Part shown: one piece after another, positions 59,301-64,000 of the stretch
Position numbering within the stretch: the stretch's first letter is position 1
Layout of the letters: the number at the start of each line of letters is the position of its first letter
Source: Bryobacteraceae bacterium
GTDB taxonomy: Bacteria > Acidobacteriota > Terriglobia > Bryobacterales > Bryobacteraceae
Assembly (NCBI GenBank): GCA_052148835.1
Contig: JBKQHJ010000244.1
Location: forward strand, 9,465-73,464
Direction of reading: 5' to 3'
DNA: 64,000 bases
Position numbers and translations under genes: made by a program
Notes under the pieces: model-generated
Told to the model about the DNA's origin: nothing
Database searches by the model: none
Seen by the model: only the letters and a program-made list of their open reading frames with translations

Positions 59301-60262
59301 CCACTTACGCCAAGCGGGATCTGGGTGTTATTCACAACCACCGTGATAACGCTGCTAATCTGTCCAATTCCGAGCAGCACCTCGAAATGCGTCAGATTCC
59401 CGTCGTTTCTCGCCAGCACAATCGGAGGCTGATACCATCCCGTTCCGTAGATTAGCGGCACGAAGTCGTTATAAAGCGCTTGATTCGGGAGAGGTATGGA
59501 TACTTGGGATGTTTTCGATCCATAACTTCGCACAATAATCGACGCCGGAACGAACTCAATTCCGCCAAACCTACGTGTCACATTATTCTGGTTGTCGGTG
59601 TCGAACATCCCCCGTTGCTGGCATTGCGCGCGCGAGTAATCGCAGGACGTATAGGGCGTGCTTCCGTTCATGTTTCCCACGCCCCCGGTTTGATCCGCCG
59701 AATATCCACATTGATAGAAAGGCGAAAAGGCCCCTTCCGTTCCGCCATTGACCGCTTCTTGTCGTTGCGCAGCCGTGCTAGGAAACTTCCAGGGGCACAG
59801 CTTCTGAATGTAGACTTCAGGTAAGTACACACGCTGTAAGTTCAGCCGGTTTGTGAAGCTAAGACGCAGTGTCGATTCAGTAGATTGATCTGGCGGGTTC
59901 GCGATTCCCCGGAACACTACCTGGCTGTTTGAGGCCACCGCCTGATTCTTCAAATCGTAAAACAAGAACGTCACCGCCAACGCAGAGCCTTTCCACCCTA
60001 TGTTGCGTTCAATCGAAGATAGAAACGCGTCCGCATTGGCAAGTGTGATGGATACTGTCGACGCGCCATCCGTCGCACTTTCCGGACTGGAGTTTAGATC
60101 GAAGAGGTTATGTTTCAGCACCCGGCTCAAATACTGCGTCCCATTGACGGTGACGTTGTGAGTACTCCAACTCTGCACATCGCCAGTCGGTAGCGTGCAA
60201 TCGAACAGAAGGAGCGGCGTTCCGGGAACTTCCTGCTCTTTCAGAACGTTGATCGGTGTCAT
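56339..60262 (-). CDS. tail-tip hub protein: gpL/DUF2163-like N-terminal domain with 4-Cys cluster fused to gpJ-like (Phage-tail_3) central-fibre protein
   Basis: 1307 aa. Four Cys lie within about 60 aa (LCPWKF, YQCGYS, TSCDYSRAQCQQRG). The J-like block is VIDVLIQGLQL...NNAAWVMLDVLLRSGW...RYQCNLLLTNRRSAGDVVRGI. FN3-like segments follow. Confidence 0.7.
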   Translation of the reverse strand: MTPINVLKEQEVPGTPLLLFDCTLPTGDVQSWSTHNVTVNGTQYLSRVLKHNLFDLNSSPESATDGASTVSITLANADAFLSSIERNIGWKGSALAVTFLFYDLKNQAVASNSQVVFRGIANPPDQSTESTLRLSFTNRLNLQRVYLPEVYIQKLCPWKFPSTAAQRQEAVNGGTEGAFSPFYQCGYSADQTGGVGNMNGSTPYTSCDYSRAQCQQRGMFDTDNQNNVTRRFGGIEFVPASIIVRSYGSKTSQVSIPLPNQALYNDFVPLIYGTGWYQPPIVLARNDGNLTHFEVLLGIGQISSVITVVVNNTQIPLGVSGTNMTATGWYNVISYGTRNGAFNPDFSNSAGQPLGDPYGSMAFMSVVVPNWISNGTSLPVIDVLIQGLQLAQFDTSGNYENTVYTNNAAWVMLDVLLRSGWEQTLLNLGSFGAAAARCDALIPTVDVNGNSTTIPRYQCNLLLTNRRSAGDVVRGIRNGSALYLNCDSNGLVQLNAEDTLANQQPTMPPGSNSTEVLDGGWPAYEFSDDSTFSGIARNANGASSVTVTTTSTANTPNHYTVEFQDEFNDYQQDSLSLVAVDDLVITGQDVTASLTALGLPNFDQANRATALQLYKSVYGNTYIEFETSVKGVGLAPGDIITLTYAREGFSRQPFRISKLSPGVNFLTVVITAQIHDDAWYTAVNSDSATLGRQPDFELGLPRPLVGSLLDSNGVEQFGIAETSTTGTDGTVTENLSVSFSVPAEPQASLAGIPLIGLNPQVNNSGGTLPGGLVFYYAISAVDANGAEGGLSFVAMASVPAGTSTNTVTLVSLSVSSTASSFNVYRGFNPTQILRIASGVPIAAQFVDSGFGASLQGPPDYNYDHANFYWRLELQPPEQANIFSGTTVGNSTLNMVPSLYNGATVRITAGTGVGQEQTVASNTASTLTITRQWSVAPDATSFFLIAESTWQFGASSNASPVSFTVPNREGVTIDVSGRAANVMDEECAYELSPLTRWTILGATGQALDTDVPGQPIFGLYPIGAGSIEVLGIGFSDLTNTRSISAGTLTLAYWDELQGPSTVLLSAPMAATDTSFTVATAVSAVSGALVQIDAEVMVVQQSLTSGTSVSVTRATYGTTAVAHTALTGVYFLAEKIFVMSFAQDLFGSPASGSYAFPITIPDVRIAAAGLFMTNSRGNSSVAAESFTSTTDLGLRSLLGGQLTIQVEGALAIQTNAAPPLLVETTCSVRDVYAVVQDAPSGAPVIMQVTQNGQVYCELTIPTGATVSNDVDGFALGPLQAQAIIGLNITSVVQTSNTAPGSNLTVTIRL

Positions 60263-60284
60263 TCAAGGAGATCCGCTGCCCAGT

Positions 60285-61079
60285 TCAATTCAAATTGCTG
60301 ATCAAGCCGAGTTGACAAGCGTTTTGATTCACCGCGCTCGCCGTGAAAGCAAGTAAGTCGGATGAGAATCGCGTGTTCGAATAGACACCACCGAGGTCGA
60401 TTGTCCTCTTGTACAGTCCTGCCTCAGGCTGTGCCTCCACTTGTGCCCCGAAGACGTTCACTTGTGCGCCGGCCGGCAGTTCCACTCCAAACCCGACACT
60501 GTCCTGCTGAACCGAAAGACTCGTCGAGGTTGTGACTCGAGCCCATGTCACCCCAGCCGTGACAGCCGTCAATGACGTCTGGCCGCTGGCCGTCATAACT
60601 AATTGAATTACCGTCGGCACATTGCTCCTGACATACACGCTGTAGCAGTACACAAACGAACTTGGACCCGCTGTGTTCTGAACGATCTGTTGCGTCGCCT
60701 GAGCGGTGTTCGTTAACTGCATCCCTGCGCTGTTTCCAAACGGGTCCTGCACACCCCCCGCCACTTGCAACAGCGGATCTGCCGTCCATACTGGCTGCGT
60801 CCAATCTTCGCTCCACATCAACAGATTGTCTGTGGGATCCAAGAAGGTAAAGGTATTGAGTTGACCCTCGCTGGCTTCGAACAAGCTCTCTATCGACGAC
60901 CGTTCCCCATCGGTGAGATTCGAATATCGAAGCTGCCATTGCACCTTCTGCCAGCCCAAATCGGCCATCCGTATTGTGAAACCACTTGGAAGCTGATTGG
61001 CGACCGTTCGCATTTTGACACCTCGTGTCACGGGAAACTGCGAGACCGCGCCGGTAGTAAGCTGCGGATAGTAAAGCAT
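60285..61079 (-). CDS. distal tail protein paralog 2 (DUF2460-like N-domain) with C-terminal carbohydrate-binding-module-like domain
   Basis: The N-terminal 95 aa or so are paralogous to the 61081..61440 product (YPQLTTGAVSQFP...FTFLDPTDN). The C-terminal 170 aa or so end in the tail-fibre-type motif VNVFGAQVEAQPEAGLYKRT. Confidence 0.6.
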   Translation of the reverse strand: MLYYPQLTTGAVSQFPVTRGVKMRTVANQLPSGFTIRMADLGWQKVQWQLRYSNLTDGERSSIESLFEASEGQLNTFTFLDPTDNLLMWSEDWTQPVWTADPLLQVAGGVQDPFGNSAGMQLTNTAQATQQIVQNTAGPSSFVYCYSVYVRSNVPTVIQLVMTASGQTSLTAVTAGVTWARVTTSTSLSVQQDSVGFGVELPAGAQVNVFGAQVEAQPEAGLYKRTIDLGGVYSNTRFSSDLLAFTASAVNQNACQLGLISNLN

Positions 61080-61080
61080 G

Positions 61081-61440
61081 TCAGTTTCCGTTCTCCAGTA
61101 CTGTCAACGATGCCTCTCCATTCCATTCCCCCTCTAACACGGCGGTCATGCTATCGCTTCCTAGGCTGCAGCTTGCATAGGTCGTCCCGTCCCAGGGATC
61201 GGTGAATCCAAAATTTTCAGCGCGGCCCTCCACGGACCGAAAAAACTCCTGCAGCTCTTGCAGCTCCGCCTGATCCAGCAAACTAAGCTGGATCGTCCAG
61301 TGGTGGAGAGACGCTTGGTAACTCCTGAAACGCTGCTCCGCTCCGTCGACAAACTGCAAGGCCACCGTCGAAAACTGAACGTTTCGCTGCGCCGGATACT
61401 GCGTCACAGCGCCGGTTTTCAACGTCGGAAACGTGCTCAT
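61081..61440 (-). CDS. distal tail protein paralog 1 (DUF2460/RcGTA g12-like, lambda gpM position)
   Basis: 119 aa. FPTLKTGAVTQYP...DGAEQRF...ELQELQEFFRSVEGRAENFGFTDPWDG follows the DUF2460 pattern as I recall it. Lies immediately after the tape-measure candidate. Confidence 0.6.
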   Translation of the reverse strand: MSTFPTLKTGAVTQYPAQRNVQFSTVALQFVDGAEQRFRSYQASLHHWTIQLSLLDQAELQELQEFFRSVEGRAENFGFTDPWDGTTYASCSLGSDSMTAVLEGEWNGEASLTVLENGN

Positions 61441-61442
61441 AA

Positions 61443-62132
61443 TTAAAGGTCGGAAATCACATCGTTCAAAGAACTTGAGTTCAAGATCGCCTGTTTCACC
61501 GCCATCGCAATGTCGTCGCTGTGATCTAGAAACGACTGGCTGTCCATTGCGTTCACCTGAATGGTGACCTGTGGCGGCGCGCTCGACGACTGTGCGCGTG
61601 CCTGGCCTGTTGCTCCATAACTAACCGGCACCACTTGCCCAGGCGCGCTCGACGTAAGTCCTGCCTCTGACTGCGCTGGCGCCGGCAACATGAATGGCAG
61701 TGGTACCGCAAGCGTCTGGCCTCCCCCACCCCCGAACAAACTCAGGAGTCCTCCCAGCAACGGCGACAGGCTGCTCAGACCTCCTCCTAAGAAGCTCGAC
61801 GCCGCACTTTCAGCGGTGCTGGCCACCGAAGACCCGCTGCTCGTCTTCGTCGTCGTATTCTGCGTTACGGCTTGCGTATTGTCCTGCAAGGCGCTGATCT
61901 GTTCTTGTTGCGCCGAGGTAAGACCGCTGATCTGCGTCGCGAGTGAGCTCAATTGTTCGGTAACGTCAGAGTTGCTGCCTTGAGCCACATCCCCGATTGA
62001 ACTGTTGGCGGCGCCGGTATCTCCGGCCCCGGCAGTCCCAGTCGACGCGGCCAGCTGTCCGAGTAAGTCACTTCGAGTCGTACTCCCAGCGCTGCTCGCG
62101 GGCAGCAGATCCTCCCACTTACTTCTGGCCAT
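61443..62132 (-). CDS. short tape-measure-protein candidate
   Basis: 229 aa, in the position directly after the chaperone frameshift pair. S/T/A-rich, with a coiled-coil-like centre (LSSLATQISGLTSAQQEQISALQDNTQ) and a Gly-rich hydrophobic segment (FLGGGLSSLSPLLGGLLSLFGGGGG). Confidence 0.55.
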   Translation of the reverse strand: MARSKWEDLLPASSAGSTTRSDLLGQLAASTGTAGAGDTGAANSSIGDVAQGSNSDVTEQLSSLATQISGLTSAQQEQISALQDNTQAVTQNTTTKTSSGSSVASTAESAASSFLGGGLSSLSPLLGGLLSLFGGGGGQTLAVPLPFMLPAPAQSEAGLTSSAPGQVVPVSYGATGQARAQSSSAPPQVTIQVNAMDSQSFLDHSDDIAMAVKQAILNSSSLNDVISDL

Positions 62133-62457
62133 CTTCGGTTTCCGCCCTCAGTTCGTTCTCCAAGATAAAGATTGCCTCCACCAGGCGCGCGGGCAAGTCG
62201 TAATAACCGCCCGCGCCTAGAAGCTTCCACGCGTGAAATTCCTCTAACAACGCGACGCTCTCAGACGTGATGTAGGACGTCGGACAGCTACACAGCGTCG
62301 TTCGTCCCCGAGCCCAAACAATCGCGGCGCTTGTGGCCTCATCATGCACCAGCCAGCCACATCGCCGCCTTTTTTCCAGACCGCTCTTTCTGCACGCGTC
62401 GCACCTCCATGCGGCCTTGTTTCCAAATTGAAAATGGAATGCGACGATTAGTTTTTT
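62119..62457 (-). CDS. -1 frame extension of the tail assembly chaperone (lambda gpT-like part of a G-T fusion, about 256 aa in total)
   Basis: The -1 frame is open from 62481 to 62119 and is entered at the heptamer A AAA AAC (62457..62451). Its stop overlaps the tape-measure start by 14 nt. No plausible independent RBS was noticed. Confidence 0.55.
   Translation of the reverse strand, partial: KKLIVAFHFQFGNKAAWRCDACRKSGLEKRRRCGWLVHDEATSAAIVWARGRTTLCSCPTSYITSESVALLEEFHAWKLLGAGGYYDLPARLVEAIFILENELRAETEDGQK
62397..62446 (-). other. possible frameshift-stimulating stem-loop 4 nt downstream of the slippery site
   Basis: On the minus strand, CGUCGCA (62446..62440) pairs with UGCGACG (62403..62397). 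A nested UUCCA/UGGAA hairpin lies at 62439..62435 and 62425..62421. Confidence 0.3.
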
Positions 62458-62891
62458 CTTTCGCCCTCGCTCAGTCCGCACTGCGCTTTAATCGCACTAA
62501 TTACCTCGCGTACTAGCTCTTCTGGGCCCTTTTCCAAGAACCGCTCAGCGGTGGCTGGCTCCCCATCGATGACCATGCCTGTGATACTTACAAGCCCCCA
62601 TTGTAAGTACATCGCGTCGATTTCTTGAGCCAGAATGTTCGCTTCGATCTTTTCGTGTACCTCAGTGCCGGCCTCCAGGAACTCCGCCCTTCGGCTCAGT
62701 TCCCGCACCCGCCTGCTCAATTCCATCCGCCGCCCGAACGAGATGCGGTGGATAGCGAACCTGACTCCTTGTGCGGCCTTGGAATCGAACGAAATTATGC
62801 TTTCGTACCGCACGGCTCCCTTTGGAGCGACTCCATCTGCGCCTTCCACCTCGCTGGCTCGCTTACCCAAACGCGACATAAATTTCATCAT
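62448..62891 (-). CDS. tail assembly chaperone (lambda gpG-like, zero-frame product)
   Basis: 147 aa and acidic, located between the tube gene and the tape-measure gene. It ends ...GAA AGA AAA AAC TAA, and a -1 ORF overlaps its 3' end. Confidence 0.65.
   Translation of the reverse strand: MMKFMSRLGKRASEVEGADGVAPKGAVRYESIISFDSKAAQGVRFAIHRISFGRRMELSRRVRELSRRAEFLEAGTEVHEKIEANILAQEIDAMYLQWGLVSITGMVIDGEPATAERFLEKGPEELVREVISAIKAQCGLSEGERKN
62451..62457 (-). other. programmed -1 ribosomal frameshift slippery heptamer A AAA AAC
   Basis: The plus strand reads GTTTTTT at 62451..62457. On the minus strand the zero frame is AGA AAA AAC TAA and the -1 frame is AAG AAA AAA CTA. This fits X XXY YYZ exactly. 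Confidence 0.6.
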
Positions 62892-63996
62892 TCACGCTTC
62901 CTTGCGCCCGGCAGCTTTGAAATTGCCATTGTTGTCGCTTATCGGAATCGTCAAAAGCCGGTACCTCCGGCACGACGCTCTGCATGTAGACGCCAAATAG
63001 CTCGCCCTGCTGCTGGCCAAGTTGCATCATCAAGCTTATGGGCGACCTTTGGCGGGCGGCCTGATAGAGAGCTGCCGTCGCTGCATCGTCCATTTGATAA
63101 AGACTGAAGTTGATGGATACCGTTCGCTGTCCAGGCGAAATCGCAAGAGGTAATATGGCGCCATACTCACGCGCCCTCAACTCGAGATTATTTGCGAACG
63201 TGACAGTTGCGCCAGTCAAGGTGAAAAACTGCGTCGGCGAGCTTCCCAGCCAGACCTCTCCCAGATTTCCCGGGATAATCGAATAGTTGATCGGCGCCAC
63301 GGCCGGCTCCGCCGGATACGTCGCTAATCCGAACTGTTCGCTCGCAAAGCTGGAGGTGTCCACCAAATCTTGCGCTTGCCCGCTGAAGTCGAACTCGTGG
63401 AAGTCGCCGTTGACTTTAATCGACAGCGTGTCTACTGCCATTCCGCCGACTATCCGCTGCACTGCCGTCGTGGGACTCCAGTAGTCGTAAAATGTAACGC
63501 TCGGCAGGTTCTCGGATAGCGGGTACAGCGCCGTCGGTCCTGTTTGCGAACTCGCGGCCGGAGTTACTGAAAAGGGCGCATTGAGTTGAATCGTATCGGC
63601 GTCCACTACTACCGTCACGAAACGTATTTCTCCGCCGCTAGTTACTGCTGCCCCCGGTGTCAGACCATGCGGCGCTGCGAACGCCAGTGTCGAACCGCCA
63701 CTCGCACTTGCAACCGTGCCTCCCGCCGATTGCGTGGGCGATCCTCCAAAACACGCCTGAAATAATGGCCCATGAGGGGGCAGCGTGCTCGTATCGGCCC
63801 AGCTCGCCATGTACGTTTTTAGCCCGAAGCTGGTCTGTCTCCGGAGCCCGCTGGGATTCCCCGCGAACGTTCTCGACCCGGTCTTGTCCGCGCGTTGAAC
63901 CTTCTCGACCTGCTGTTTGGTCGTTAGCTTCACGGCGGGAATTCGGTTGCTCGCGCTAATCGCAGCGGCAGCACCATAGCTTTGCTCCAGAGCCAC
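62863..63996 (-). CDS. major tail (tube) protein candidate, large type; 5' end may lie beyond the window
   Basis: At least 377 aa, in the position directly upstream of the chaperone pair. Beta-rich, Ala/Ser/Thr/Gly-rich composition. The frame is still open at position 64000, so the GTG at 63996 is only the first start visible in the window. Confidence 0.6.
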   Translation of the reverse strand: MALEQSYGAAAAISASNRIPAVKLTTKQQVEKVQRADKTGSRTFAGNPSGLRRQTSFGLKTYMASWADTSTLPPHGPLFQACFGGSPTQSAGGTVASASGGSTLAFAAPHGLTPGAAVTSGGEIRFVTVVVDADTIQLNAPFSVTPAASSQTGPTALYPLSENLPSVTFYDYWSPTTAVQRIVGGMAVDTLSIKVNGDFHEFDFSGQAQDLVDTSSFASEQFGLATYPAEPAVAPINYSIIPGNLGEVWLGSSPTQFFTLTGATVTFANNLELRAREYGAILPLAISPGQRTVSINFSLYQMDDAATAALYQAARQRSPISLMMQLGQQQGELFGVYMQSVVPEVPAFDDSDKRQQWQFQSCRAQGSVNDEIYVAFG

Positions 63997-64000
63997 GTAG

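Larger units (their letters stand above)
53561..64000 (-). mobile_element. phage-derived non-contractile tail gene module (prophage remnant, tailocin or GTA-like element), truncated by the window edge
   Basis: Eight co-oriented, abutting or overlapping genes follow the canonical order tube, chaperone(+frameshift), tape measure, distal tail proteins, hub/J-like, distal fibre-like protein. See the individual CDS entries. Confidence 0.75.

Noticed and set aside
54000-60000. Lower GC of the tail module as firm evidence of recent horizontal acquisition.
   Set aside because: Only a handful of 60-nt lines were hand-counted. Values ranged from about 42% to 63% inside the module, and some host lines were also near 52%. 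This is mentioned only as a tentative observation needing computation.
62119-62481. The 120-aa Cys-rich ORF as an independent zinc-finger-like gene.
   Set aside because: Its GTG start lies inside the chaperone ORF with no RBS. The -1 relationship and the A AAA AAC heptamer explain it better as the frameshift extension of the chaperone.

Overview
High-GC (about 60% by eye) chromosomal segment, probably from a soil Acidobacteria-type genome. The taxon is an inference from a Solibacter-type TIGR03437-like C-terminal domain and acidobacterial-style interspersed repeats. Positions 1-53.5 kb are mostly ordinary host genes. They include a Mo-oxidoreductase, a BchI-like AAA+/vWA pair, an exported methionine-sulfoxide-repair/redox block (msrA, msrB, a second msrA, dipZ, cytochrome c, two propellers), cdsA-uppS and mutY. 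They continue with phoR, a porin, pstSCAB-phoU, uvrB, a Phd/VapC toxin-antitoxin pair next to an imuA-imuB-dnaE2 mutagenesis cassette, trpS, a MoxR-DUF58-BatA-vWA operon, a GAF-ANTAR regulator, an M24 peptidase and an orphan Wzt-type ABC ATPase. From 53.56 kb to the right edge, all on the minus strand, lies a tightly packed non-contractile phage-tail module. It encodes a tube protein, a chaperone with a textbook A AAA AAC -1 slippery site, a very short tape-measure candidate, two paralogous DUF2460-like distal tail proteins, a gpL-like/gpJ-like fusion hub and a 921-aa distal protein. It ends 45 nt from the Wzt gene, with no lysis, integrase or repressor genes downstream. This is the best candidate for something unusual (GTA-like, F-type tailocin-like or defective prophage), but the window cuts it off. 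A second non-obvious signal is a family of 7-nt-period (CCAAYAG)n tracts. Five copies lie within 10 kb, including in-frame copies inside imuB and dnaE2. No rRNA, tRNA, CRISPR array, transposase or integrase was seen. All family assignments come from motif recognition by eye, not from searches.
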